A DNA stretch of 64,000 bases from Octopus sinensis (lineage: Eukaryota). The stretch lies in the NCBI RefSeq assembly GCF_006345805.1, contig NC_042998.1, positions 179,924,001-179,988,000 on the forward strand, in the 5' to 3' direction. The notes under the pieces were generated by a model, which saw nothing but the letters and a program-made list of their open reading frames with translations, was not told the DNA's origin and did no database searches. Below are positions 40,422 to 54,509 of the stretch, one piece after another (position 1 is the first letter of the stretch; every line of letters starts with the position of its first letter). Position numbers and translations under genes: made by a program.

Positions 40422-42079
40422 CATACATACATATATACATACATACATACATACATACATACAAACATACACGTACATACATACGTACAGGCACACATAT
40501 GCTGGTGAGGCGGTGTATGTATAATTTGTATAAGACTATGAAATAATTACTGTACATAAATAACTCACTTAAACATTTATAATATTTCTTAATTTCGCTA
40601 GTATTTGCTCCTGTTGCCCCTAGGGTATATATTTAGTTCTAGACGAACATACCTTACATTACAACATCTTCCCCGAACGAAAGCTCTCGTTTACTAAAAA
40701 CATTTATCGTTCGCTTATGCTTCTGTACTCTTCTTTCATTTCGCCATGTTTCTCAATCAAAAACTATTTTGTCATTTGACGCCGTGAGTTCTGAGTTCTT
40801 GCAGAGTTTCATTACATCTGAATAACGTAAACGAGTTTCACGGCTCCAGTTACTGCCGGCGACTTACTGGCGTCTAGTAACTATAACAGTTTGCTGATAG
40901 AACAATTTAAATTACGAAATTGCTAGCAGGTATAGTTATTCGTTTCAGTTACATAGCCACTATATATTTAAAATCTTAATATCTGCACATATCAGTAGCA
41001 AAGAAAAATGTTACAATTACACTTTTATTGTTAGTATTCTCCTTGAATTTCAATATTGAATCCGAAAAGAAAATTATAAACACATGAATTAGTTCAAGAA
41101 TAATAAGCTTTTTTGCTTTTGGCAGTAAGAAAAGAACCCACGTATGTTCAACAATTTATGAAAACTGTTAGTTGAATACGAAATAGAAAACGCCATCGGT
41201 TTCGACCATGTCTAACTTAACAGTAGCACCAGTAGAAAGATAATTATTTCTACCTCGAGCAAAATACCACAAATATTAGGGATGTTTTAATTGGTTTAGT
41301 TTGTCCTCAATATTAAACGGGTGTTTATTTTATCGACCACCTGATGAAATTCTAACATAAAGTAACGTAAAGTAATTTAAAATACATTAAGTAACGTAAA
41401 GAACATAAAGTAACGTAAGCAACAAATAAATACCCAGCACCATACCATTTCTCTTACTCCGCTACTCTAAGATAATAGAGGAAAAGAAACAATGAAATTT
41501 CATGAAAATAAAAGAGTATGGGAGAGGGTATACTAATATGAATATTTTTCAGATGTCTTGATTTCAATATAACATAAACGCTGTGATATATTAATCCCCT
41601 GCTATGGTACTAATTCGAAATAATTAAATACGTTTTATTAAATCAACAGAATTCTTAATTGATATCGCATATGTAAAATCTTCAAGTCTCTAAGATCCAC
41701 TTACCCTTATTACCCAGACCAATCATTTCAAAGCAGACCAGTTTTATGTGAAAAGTAAAAAGTCTCTTAAATTTCAAATTAGTAGAAGTGTTAAGAAGAC
41801 TAACAGTTTCGGTTGGACATTAATTCATTAGCGCATGGTAATTAGTAATTGTTGTTCTATAAGAAAAAACTGTAAATGCATGACAGGCCTTCATTAATGG
41901 GAACGCCTCAAAACACTTCAAATAAGAAAATGGAAAATGGAATAATTGAAACACGATGTCTCAAAACGCTTCAACTCTAATCCCTTCAGAGCTGCTGTGA
42001 GCGCAACATCATTTATACAATATGGGAAATATATCAATAGCATTACCCAAATGATCTAAGGCTGAGACCCCTGTTTCCC

Positions 42080-42212
42080 AGCCATATGTTTCCGGGTCTA
42101 GTCTCACTGCGTGGCGATTCTATTATAGCCGCTGGCCGACCAAAGGCTTGTGAGTGGATTTGGCAGGCAGAAACTGAAAGAAGCCCGTCGAACACACACA
42201 AACACACACACG

Positions 42213-42290
<78 letters not shown>
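42080..42290 (+). mobile_element. Diverged family A SINE head region plus (CA)n
   Basis: TTCCGGGTCTAGTCTCACTGCGTGGC...GGCCGACCAAAGGCTTGTGAGTGGATTTGG...GAAAGAAGCCCGTCG. Confidence 0.75.
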
Positions 42291-42293
<3 letters not shown>

Positions 42294-43096
42294 CTGTATG
42301 AGTTAGGTAACCATCTAGTAAATATCCAGTTGAATACTAGGTATGGGTGGGAGTAAAGCAGTAATTTACCCAGGATTTATAAGGCAAATAAGAAAATCGA
42401 ATAATTGAAACACGATGTAACTCTTACAGCTTGCGGAAATTTCTCCTGGAAGTGACTTTCTTTACCAGAAGATGTAATCCCATTGGATTATGATAGCACC
42501 TTGAAATGACGTTCTTACCATTCCTTACTATTTCTATTGTGTTATTTTTATTTTACATTATTATTTTAACGTACTTCCCCACATGTTAGTTTCCTAACAT
42601 TTGGTATCTCTGATGACGCCTTGGGGCTCAACCATTGTACAACCCCTGTCCAATGTTTGGTCAAGCTTTGTAAAATTCCTGTATATGACTGGAAAACTTG
42701 GAAGATTGGGCAACCCCATCGCAGAAACAGCCGTAAGAGTTTAGTATTTGTACACTCATTTATTCTTATTCGTTTATCTTTATTTTCATTTATGTATTTA
42801 CTTACTTATTTACTTGCATATTTCAATCGTTTATTTGGATCACATATGCTTGTAATCAATTAATAAATAGATATATTTGGATGTCGATTGTTTATTCTCT
42901 CCATTTTCTTATTTGCCATATATATATATATATATATATATATCTTCCCAAATCCAAAATGCATGTGATCATGATTTGGGTTTTGTTTAAATCGAGATCA
43001 ACCTTGATCGTGCAATTTTATGATGAATGTGTTTGAGCAATGATTATACAGTCTTATTTTCAGGTTCTATCTTGGACCATATTTTCTATATGTATG

Positions 43097-43130
<34 letters not shown>

Positions 43131-44004
43131 TGTATGTATGTATGTATGTATGTATGTATGTATGTATGTATGTTTTTATGTATGTATGTATGTATGCATG
43201 TATGTATGGTATGTATATATATATATGTATGTATCAACTTACTAATTGAACTTGCTGCGGCATTCACCCGGGATAGTTTGAGCCGGCTTCGTCCCTTATG
43301 AATGGTCTCCATATCCGACGAATTTGACAAATACTCCACTGGGAAAGAAAGTGCGTCGGATAGCAATGTCGTAGCAGCCGTAGTAGTCATTCGCTGTTGA
43401 GGTATAAAGTTTATGCTGGATGTTTCAAGGAGGAATCACGTTCACAAGTGGTCCTCTGCTACATGCATACACACTTTCGGATAGTGTGTATGTACGTGTC
43501 GATTGCCATCGTTTGTCGCAAAGGATTCACTGACCAAGACGTAGCCTGGGTATGTATGTATGTATGTATGTATGTATGTATGTATGTATGTATGTATGTG
43601 TATTTATGTATTTATGGGTCATCACAATTGCTTAAGGTAAAAATGAATTCCTCGCTCTTTCGGAAACATCAATCTTCTGTATTGACCGCTTTCCACCACT
43701 TTGATCTGTTTTTTGTATTGAATACGTATCGCCACCGTGGGCCACTGCATCGAACACTTTGAACATATACTTCAAACTATATATCAACTATACATGAACT
43801 ATATATCAACTATACATGAACTCTAAGATGTCTGACTCCGTTGTGTATTATAAATGAATTTCTTGTGTTTGACGGCATGAGCTGTCTTTTTTTATATATA
43901 ACTTTTTTGATAAGGTTCATTTCAGGAACTGAAACACGTTATAATGTATATATAAAAATTAAAAATTGTTAATACAGCAGCATTTTCGAACTTCATTTTT
44001 TACA

Positions 44005-44080
<76 letters not shown>

Positions 44081-44141
44081 CATATACACATATATACATC
44101 TTCTTTCTTTCTCTCTCTCTCGCTATACATATACATACACA

Positions 44142-44189
<48 letters not shown>

Positions 44190-44484
44190 GTATATATATG
44201 TATACACACACATGTATATGTATATAATACATGGACCACATTTTCCATATGTATGTGTGTATGTATGTGTGCATGCATGCATTTACACATGTATGTATGT
44301 GTGTATGTTTGTATGTATGTATGCATGTAGGTAGGTAGGTAGATAGTTTGGAAGGTAGGTATGTATATGAATAACAAAAGAAATATTATTAATTTTAGCT
44401 ATGGGAGGAAAACTCAACCCTCTTTTTCACACAAACGTAGAGAAATAATGAGTGTTCATTCTTCTTATTTTATGTATGTGTGTA

Positions 44485-44830
44485 CGTATCATGGTCATCA
44501 CCCCCATCCAGTCTAGTGGCTTACCCGGACCAATGCAACACTTCAGCGCCAGATGTCCCGAACATCCAAAGGTGTCTTCATATTCGTATTTCGGCATCCT
44601 GTGTCTTCCAGGTTTTTGATCGATATATGCTCTTCTTTACCGATACCTGTATGTCCATGCATGGGTTTCCAAAGAAAAAGAGTTCTGGATATTTCGCCAT
44701 TGCTTCTTCAAAACGTATGGTGACTGAGTTGCATTTTGTGTACGTACCGTCAAGCTTCTTTACATGATTCTTATTCAGTCTCCAAGCTGAAGAGCAATCA
44801 GAGGAGAACTGATTCAACGACTGCCATGCC
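44485..44830 (-). mobile_element. RTE-clade LINE 3' remnant
   Basis: Minus-strand AWRLNKNHVKKLDGTYTK and WKPMHG...LEDTGC...DVRDIWR resemble the RTE ORF C-terminus (AWTL...KxLDGTYTR, W.P.HG, LEDTG, DR..WR). Frameshifted. Confidence 0.65.
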
Positions 44831-45863
44831 AACACATGATGCTGTTCTATGTTTATATTGATGAGAATACCTGATAAGATTTCTTACATGACCAAAATCT
44901 TTAGGTGAGGATTATAGACGATTTAGTTGATTCCATAAAAATACTGGTACTTAATTTGTTGGCCTGAAACATTGAAAAGCAAATTTGATTATCATGATAC
45001 ATCTAAAATTGTTACAAGGCCACAGATTTTGGGAGTGGGTACGATCGATTAAAATTCTTCAAGTGCTTTACCGGTATGTATTTCATCTGTTTATGAAAGT
45101 ATCATCATCCATTCATTCATCATCTTCGTTGCTGTCATCGTAATCGATGGCACGTATTGAATACTTTTTGTCCTTAAACCGTTTTATTCAGTGAGTCTAT
45201 AAACCCTTTTGATTGCGGTACTGTCTTTTGGTGTTCTTCGATCACTCAGGAGAAGTAACTTCACTATAATGGTGGTCTGTGCGTACTTTTGAACTCAGAA
45301 TACTCAAAGCCGGAATAGAGACCACAAGGTGGTCTGTCCAAGACAAGCTTTACATACATAGTTGACCTGGGTAGATTTGAACCCAAGACGCAAAACGGGC
45401 GCTACTAAATTAACGAGAGACATTCTCTCCAACACGCTATCATATCTGCCAACCCATAATGTAAAAGAAACATCGAAGAACATGTCCAAAGGGGCAGAAA
45501 CTCAAATGAAATATTTTTGGAAATCATTTCGGATGTTATATTCCAACAGATTTCGTCTGTAATATTGATCACAAGTTCTACAATAAGTCATAAACAAGCA
45601 ACGATATAATCCTCATCCTCTTCCAGCCTCCTATATCATGATTTGGCAGCCATAGTATTTCGAACCTTGCACGTATAGATTTTATTATAGGCAAACAAGC
45701 AAGAAGACATTTGGATTATGTAAAATCCTGTTAGTTTCTGCATAGACACTCTAAGCTAGTTGGTTGCGTGTATCGTAACTATAGTTGTTATCAGTCATTC
45801 GGTTTTCCATTCATTCTTCGACCATAAAGAAGAACTCGTGCCAGCCATTGTTGATTGGATTAA

Positions 45864-45974
<111 letters not shown>

Positions 45975-46687
45975 GTATATGTATGCATGCATACATAAAT
46001 ACACGTTCACATACAAACACACATGTATGTATTTGGGCGTATATCCAAATACATATTTGGATGTACACATACATCCATACACGACACATAAGCACACGCA
46101 CACGTATATTATAAACGTACAGCCATACATACATTCAACTGCTCACATCAGTCACATAAATATAGATGTACAATTGAGGCATAATCATAACTATCTTATA
46201 ATACACGTTAGATGCAGCTAAGCTGCGGTTAGACATCGTACTAAGCTCTTCTTTCGATCACAGTATTGACATTTTCATTGAAATTTTCTGTGCATATCTA
46301 TATGTATGCTTGCGTGTCTGAATGTGTGCACCCGCGTACATATGAGAATGTATCCTTAAGCACGTATCTTATACGTCTAAGTGAATATACAAAGTATTTC
46401 CGTGTACAGTTTTGAGCGAGTATTTGCGTGTATATTACATGTTAACAAGTTTCATATCCAACTTTATTTCTCTATTTTTTTTCTCTGGGTATGTGATATT
46501 CTTGAATGCTATAGTTATCTATATGAACAATGAATCAACGTAAGAGTTTCTACGTGGCCGCTCACTTGCTAAAAATAGGAGTCAAATTTCGTTTAAGTTA
46601 TAGCCTGAGATCTTACATCAATAAGGTAGTTATGATTAAGTCTCAGTTATATACCTTATATCTATGTGACTGATGTGAACCTTTGAA

Positions 46688-46773
<86 letters not shown>

Positions 46774-46851
46774 CGTATCTATCTATCTATTTATCTATCT
46801 ATCCCCATACATTTATATATATATACACGTATATGTTTTATAAGCGTATAT

Positions 46852-47162
46852 CACCGTGATTACCATGACCGACCAGGCTATCAGATGTTACTACACACCG
46901 CTGGTCACAATGCGCTTCGCATTGTTTGAGCCTTCAAATGACGCCACTCCGCTAGCTAAGCGAGCAGGCCAATAGAAGAAAGAGTGAGATAAAGTTGTGG
47001 CGAAAGAGTACAGCAGGGACCGCCACTACCCCCTGCCGGAGCCTCGTGGAGCTTTAGGTGTTTTCGCTCAATAAACACTCACAACGCTCGGTCTGGGAAT
47101 CGAAACCACGATCCTACGACCGCAAGACCGCTGCCCTAACCACTGGGCCATTGAGCCTCCAC
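46852..47162 (-). mobile_element. Full-length tRNA-derived SINE (family C) with an 11-12-bp TSD
   Basis: Head GTGGAGGCTCAATGGCCCAGTGGTTAGGG...GTTTCGATTCCC. TSD ATAAGCGTATA(T) at 46840-46851 and 47163-47174. Confidence 0.9.
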
Positions 47163-47299
47163 ATAAGCGTATATATATATATCCGTATCTATGTTTATAT
47201 ATACATGCATATAGGTATATACATATAATACATGCACACATACATACACACGCGCATGCATACATATATAGAGTATATATATATATATACAATATATAA

Positions 47300-47356
<57 letters not shown>

Positions 47357-47370
47357 ACATAGGCGCGCAG

Positions 47371-47405
<35 letters not shown>

Positions 47406-47424
47406 GCATGTATGTATATATTAA

Positions 47425-47580
47425 TACTGTGTGGTTAAGAAGCTCTCTTTCCTGCCAACTAGTTCCGGCTTCACTTCCGTTGCGTAGCACCTAGGGCATA
47501 TGTTTTGGACTATAGTCTCGGGCCAAGCGATGACTTGAGAGTGAATTTGGTAGACGAAAACTGTGTGGAAGCGCACCTCA
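47425..47580 (+). mobile_element. Diverged family A SINE head region
   Basis: CTGTGTGGTTAAGAAGC...CACCTAGGGCATATG...GAATTTGGTAGACGAAAACTG. Confidence 0.65.
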
Positions 47581-48176
47581 TACACACACACACGCACGCA
47601 CACACACACATGTATATGTACAGAAACATGCCTATTTATGTTAACGTATATATGTTAACGCTGTTTGTATCTTTGTCATATCAATCGAAGCATTTTTACT
47701 ACGGCCAAGAATGAAACTTGTTACTATTCAACCAGTCACAAGGCCCATATTTTCAATCGGACGACTTATAGCTGCTTTCAACCAGCTGATTTGTAACAAA
47801 TTATAATATCAATTTATACATTCGGCTGACTCTTCTCCTCTTGTCATTTCCAATTGTAGCACATTCTACCTTAACTCACACCGAATGGCTCTTATTTAAG
47901 CGATCATCTAAATGATAGTCTGTATCATTTATTCAGTCGCTTCTGACAAAACCTCTGCCAGAGCTATTCTTTAATGTACATTATGTAATGCGCACAACTA
48001 AATCGTTGTTAACATCAGTATCTATAAACGAGCTGAGTGATTATTTACGTCAAGTCGTTGAAACAATTGTAAACAATGGAATAAAATTTATATGATAGAC
48101 ACAACTCTCACTTTATTAAAGGCCCCCAAAAACCCCCCCACACATACACAGAGGCACACGCACACCCATGTGAACG

Positions 48177-48279
<103 letters not shown>

Positions 48280-48385
48280 CTTCTATCTCTTAGTCTGTCT
48301 GTCTATCTGTCTGTCTATTTCTGTCTGTTTATCTATCTACCAATCTCTCTCTCTCTCCCTCTCTCTCTCCCCCCTCTCTCCTCTC

Positions 48386-48442
<57 letters not shown>

Positions 48443-48835
48443 TCATTTATGATAGACAGACTTGGTGTTGGTTTGTTTACACTCACATAACTTAGTGGCA
48501 CAGTAACAGAGATCCCTAGAAAAAAAACGCAGACTTAAAAAGTACAGGGGTTGATTTGTTCGACTAAACCCTTCAAGGAGCCCTCCCCACCATTACGGTG
48601 ATTGTCCTATAAGTAAAACGGCGAAAAGAAAACCTAAAACAAAAAGGTAATTTCTGTCAGTTGGATCAACCAGAACTGAGTTGTTTTTCTGAAAATATTC
48701 AAGAACTTCCGGTAAAATTATGTAGAGCATTTCAATTGTGCCGAAAAGACAGAAAACAAGAACCGGTTTAAAAATTTTCTTTCTCACACTTTTTTCATCA
48801 GAGTATCATGATTTGAGAATGGTTTTCCAGACTTG

Positions 48836-49253
48836 GGATCTTTTCGGTTTGAACGGCAGTTTTTTCTAGCGGTGTCATAGGAAATTGTCACCCATAATTA
48901 TGACCCTAGTATCGATCTATTGCATTTAAATCTGTTTTAGGGTTAGGGTTAGGGGTGGGGGGTAGGGTATCTTTTTTTTCTTCAGAAATGTAAATAAACC
49001 CAATCTGTTTCTTAAACGAGGGACATATTCATACGGCACACAATGTTTTCACCTCAATAGACGTCATTGATTTGTTGAAATTGCAGAAACTGAAGAAAAA
49101 GAACAACAAATATCTTACAAACCATAGAATTTTCTCAATAAAGCCAAGAGTAAAAAGATGTTTCATAAACACATTCTACCAGTATAAGAAGTTTAAAATT
49201 TTTTAGTTACCTAGAAATTATGTTAAAAACTGCCGTTCAAACCGAAAAGATCC
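48836..49253. mobile_element. Merlin-like MITE, copy 2 (inverted relative to copy 1)
   Basis: Same GGATCTTTTCGGTTTGAACGGCAG TIRs and the reverse-complement interior of 8065-8497. Flanked by a 27-bp direct repeat at 48809-48835 and 49254-49280. Confidence 0.9.
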
Positions 49254-50005
49254 TGATTTGAAAATGGTTTTCCAGATTTGTTCACGTTGCAGATCAGAAA
49301 GAGAATTAGTTAAACTAAAAGCATTATATATATTGTATAGGCTTTCCGCACAATCTGTAGTCGCTGAAGCGTCGAGTTAGAACGATGTGCTAACAAACAA
49401 AGACCATAGTACTTGTTCTATGCAGCCTTACAGAACTCGAAGAACATTTACGATTTCGGAGTGGGTTATGAATAGCAAACAGAAGTTGGCGTAAACGTTT
49501 GCCTTCAGAGAGATTTTGATTGCTTTAGATAAGAAGAGGACACCATCAGGATCTGACGGTGTTAAATTATAAAAAAAAGAAATTCAGGTACTAAATTCCG
49601 ACCACTAATTCTCAATTCACATTACCATGTCACTATAAACATGATTGAACGGAAGCGTATGCAAATAAATGTGTAGAAATTTTAGTGCTTTCACTTCTTC
49701 GAGGAAGACAAGATAAAACAACAGTGAAGTATTCCATCAAGGCAATCTCTAATAGCTTTGCATAACCTTAGTGATTTGAAAGTCGTTGTTAATAAAAACC
49801 TTGATAGAAAATTCCACATAAAAATTCAACCTGAATCAATACGGCCTTGATAAATTTCTCCAGAAACTTCCTGATAAAATGTTGATATATGGATACGCTT
49901 GCTCAAAAATATCATTCGGTCCAAAATGATAAAAGATAATGAAATTTAAATAACACATAATGAATGCTATTTTAGCCTGAGCGCATTTGAGATCTTTTTC
50001 TCTGT

Positions 50006-50070
<65 letters not shown>

Positions 50071-50072
<2 letters not shown>

Positions 50073-50393
50073 CAAGTACCACTGAAAAGGAAAGTGAGAG
50101 TAGAGAGGCAAGTTTTGTCTAGCGATGTTTAAAAAAAGATGGGTGAATGTTGCAAGAATGGCACGTAGTATGAATGACGAAGCCACCTTGAGCATAGTCC
50201 TATGAACCCAGAAATCGAAAACAGAGAGTTACTTATTTGCAAAAAAAAAAAAAAAAAAAAAAGAAATATAAATGTGACTTCATTGACCGAGGTTACCGTC
50301 TTTTCCGTAGGCTTTTCTTTCCACGGGTAAACCTCACCTGTCCTCCCCTTTACACTTCATATTGACATTTCTGTGATAACGATCCCTATTGAT

Positions 50394-50427
<34 letters not shown>

Positions 50428-50631
50428 CCTCTCCCCCTTTTTGTTTTTTTTTTTTTTTTTTTTTGTTTTTTTTTATACCCTTTTTTTTTGTCCTCTTTCT
50501 CTCCTTTTACGATCCCTTTTGATCGAACCTCCCCTTCCTATTTTTTTTTTTTTTTTTTTTTATACCTAAAGAAAAGCTCTACCTTGTAATTTGTTCTATC
50601 TGTGTGCAGCCTGTGTGGCTAATAAGAAACA
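50071..50631 (+). mobile_element. L1/Tx1-like LINE 3' end inserted in (TATC)n
   Basis: [18 protein letters not shown]...WVNVARMAR..DEATLSIVL*, then a 3' UTR ending GTGTGGCTAATAAGAAAC. (TATC)n on both sides. Confidence 0.7.
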
Positions 50632-50685
<54 letters not shown>

Positions 50686-50730
50686 GCTAGCTAGCTAGCT
50701 AGCTATCTACCTAACTACCTACCTACCTAC

Positions 50731-50785
<55 letters not shown>

Positions 50786-50790
50786 CCTAC

Positions 50791-50868
<78 letters not shown>

Positions 50869-51335
50869 GTTTCATCAACTTCTTCAAGTATCACTTGAAA
50901 AGGAAAGTGAGAATAGAGAGGCAAGTTTTGTCTAGCGAATATTTAAAAAAAAATGGGTGAATGTAGCAAGGATGGCACGTATGAATGACGAAGCCACCTT
51001 GAGCATGATCCTATGAACCCGGAAAAATTTAAAACAGAGAGTTACTTACTTGCAAATAAATGTGTTAACATGTGACATTATTGATCGAGGTTACCGTGGT
51101 CTTTTCTGTAGGCTTTTCTTTCCACGGATAAACCTTATCTGTTTTCCCCTTTACACTTTACATCATGACATTTCTGTGATGTACGATCACTATTGATCGT
51201 CTCCTTGTTTTAATTTTTTTTTTACAATCCCTTTTGATCGAAAACCTACCCCGCTTTTTTTCTCCCCAAAAAGAAAAGCTCAACTTTAAAATTTGTCCTC
51301 TCTGTGTTCGACTCTGTGTGACTAATAAAGAAACA
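50869..51335 (+). mobile_element. Second L1/Tx1-like 3' end inserted in (TATC)n
   Basis: [47 protein letters not shown] with a frameshift in an A run. Ends AATAAAGAAAC followed by (TATC)n. Confidence 0.7.
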
Positions 51336-51476
<141 letters not shown>

Positions 51477-51513
51477 ACTAATCTGTCTTCCTATCTTTGA
51501 AATTACCTATATA

Positions 51514-51550
<37 letters not shown>

Positions 51551-51650
51551 AAACATATAAACGTGTAAACATATGTACGCATACATACTCATAAGAAACG
51601 CACACATTTATCTCTGTATCCCCATAAGTTTCTTTCCCTCTCTCTCTTTT

Positions 51651-51709
<59 letters not shown>

Positions 51710-52051
51710 CTTTAAGTTAATCGTGTTTTATGAATACATATTATCGCTTGCATATACACGAATCTGTATGTGTATGTATATGCTCGCGAGCATACGTATC
51801 GTGTATTTGTAAGTGCATGCTCATACACACACACACACATGCGCATTCGTTTAAGTACATGTGTTCGCGCGTGTGTGAATGCATATGTTCGAATGTGTAG
51901 TTCTGAATGTGTATGTATTCCTGTTTGCGGAAGCCACGATGGAGTCTAGATGGTTGCCTGCGCAGCCACTAAAACTTAAAAGAAAATTTCTTCACAAGAA
52001 TATATTTCGATCCTCTCGCACTGAACACACAAAACAAAGAGAAATGCGTAC

Positions 52052-52176
52052 CGTTTTCCATAAGCCCGTTTGAGATTGATCTCTGCTTTTATTCCAACTG
52101 AAGACAGTATTTGGAGGAAATGCATTATTACTTGTTAAGTTGCCGAAGTGTTTGATATTTTCGATTGATTCGTTTC
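52052..52176 (-). CDS. Candidate 125-nt coding exon, possibly from an extracellular or secreted protein
   Basis: Acceptor ttttgtgacag|GA and donor ACG|gtacgc. Only one frame is open: GNESIENIKHFGNLTSNNAFPPNTVFSWNKSRDQSQTGLWKT, with three N-glycosylation sequons (NES, NLT, NKS). No family recognised. Confidence 0.3.
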
Positions 52177-52701
52177 CTGTCACAAAACTTGAAGCATATG
52201 GGGAACTACTTAATTAGAAGCAACTACGTAAATTTCTTCCTTTTCGTTTTTCGTTGCTTTCCTTTTCATCCCACCCACCCGTTCTTTTGATACTAATATT
52301 ACTGAATGACTAAAGAAGAATATCAAATAAGATTCCTGGATGGATAGAACCATTTTCCTTTACGTATGTCACGAATGTTTTCGAGTAAAACATGAATTGC
52401 GTTATTTCTTTTGTTTTGCTTTTATATTCAGTAAATTTACGTTTATGAGTAAGATAAAATGAACAGCCATTTTAAAACCATCAACATTGTATTAAAGAAT
52501 TGTTAAAGTGGGTAAATAACATACTACTGTATTGAAACATAAAAATCTAATTGCTTAAAATCACACTTGTAATTTATAATTACACTTGCCGTCGTTTTCT
52601 TAATGTTGTCTGCCCAAGAACAGCAAGGAAAACAATCCTAGAATTTGAAATTAATTAGAAAAAATGGAGCGTATACTTTGATAGTAAAATAAATAATTGC
52701 G

Positions 52702-52944
52702 CCCTTTTAAAGCCTAGCCAGGCTCATGGGCCCGGTTTCTCGGTTTCAATGGCGTATGTGTTCCCCAGCTGGACGGAACGCCAGTCCATCGCAGCGTTAC
52801 TCATTTTTGCCAGCTGAGTGGACTGGAGCAACGTGAAATGAAATGTTTTGCTCAAGAACACAACGCGTCGCCCGGTCCAGGCATTGAAACCACAATCTTA
52901 CGATCATGATGCTGACACTCTAACTACTAAGCCACGCGTCTCCG
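52702..52944 (-). mobile_element. tRNA-derived SINE, family D, copy 2
   Basis: Aligns along its length with 97-336. Confidence 0.9.
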
Positions 52945-53984
52945 CATACTTTAATAGTACAAGGTATATTTTGATCAACGTGGCATAGTCTATTGATTTC
53001 TGGCTGATCTCAGAAAAACTAAGGGAATTTATATTTTTACCCCCACCTTAATTAAGCAAGGCCATGTGTGTGTAAGAAAATTACATTTTCTAACAGAAAA
53101 GTATGCTATTAAAATTAATTATCTTTTACATACCTGTTTTTTAAAAATCACTGTGGATAAATGTCAGAAATGACCTCAGGCTCTCCAATATTTAAAATTA
53201 TAAACAGAAACAATCAGGGGCGGGGAGTAGGGTTGAAAAAAATCATAAATTTTCAATTTTTTTATAGTGTTTATGGGGAGAAAAATATTGAAAAACATCA
53301 ATTTTAGGGAATAACAATGAGTGGCGTAGTAACTTAAAAGAGTTACTGGGAGAAGGTGTATCGTCTCATGGAGAATGTTACTTTCGCCTCTCCTTAGGTA
53401 CATCGTTTCTCTCGTGATCTTGAAGCTACAGGATTCGAGCTTAGCACAGACTTTAAGATAAATCGTTTTTTGTTGACTCGTGAAGTGTCAGAATATTTAT
53501 TTTACATTCGTGGAATTGGATTCAGTAAAACCAAGTGAAACAATGCACGTTTTTATAATTACTCTTGATTATTTAGAATCAGATTATACGTTTTGTTCAA
53601 CCATTTTGTATTTGTTTTATCCTTTCTGATATTATGAATAATTAAAGTAATTTGACATGAAATAAATGTACTCGTAAAAAACGAGACCGCGAAACATCAA
53701 ACTATAATAAACCTATAAAACTCAACGTACAGAACTACGTGGTAGATATCAAGATAATAAAGGAACTCATACAGGCAAACGTACGTACATACATGCATAC
53801 ATACATACATACATACATACATACATACATACATACATACATACATACATGAATACATACATACATACATACATGAATACATACATACATGCATCCATAC
53901 ATACTACATCCATACATATATATGTTCATACTAGCATACATATATGTACTGATGTACGTGCACGCATATTCTTTTACGTGATTC

Positions 53985-54430
53985 GGTTATTAGACTGCGG
54001 CCATGCTGGGACACCGCCTTGAAGCATTTTAGTCGAACCAACCCCAGTACTATTTATACTTTTTTAAACCTGTTACTCATTTTACGGTCTCTTAGGCCGA
54101 ATCACTGAGTGATGGGGATGTATACTTACCAAAACTGGTTGTCAGGCAGTGGTGGGGGACAAATACAGACACATACACACACACACAATATATACATATA
54201 TATATATATGTATATGTATGTATGTATGTATATACATATATATAGGGAGAATTCACGAAAAAAATGACGAAGACAGGTGGTGTAGAAAACAAACAGATGT
54301 ATTAGTATAACGCTCGGGAAATTAAAAAGTCTTTTACATTTTGAGCCTACGCTCTTCCACAGAAAGGAGACAAAGAGAGAAACAAGGAAAGAAAAGAATG
54401 TGTGTAGTGGCTAACGATCTATCATATACA

Positions 54431-54509
<79 letters not shown>

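Noticed and set aside
41923-42420. ~30-bp direct repeat around the SINE at 42080
   Set aside because: The repeats lie ~100 bp away from both SINE ends, so they cannot be called a TSD.
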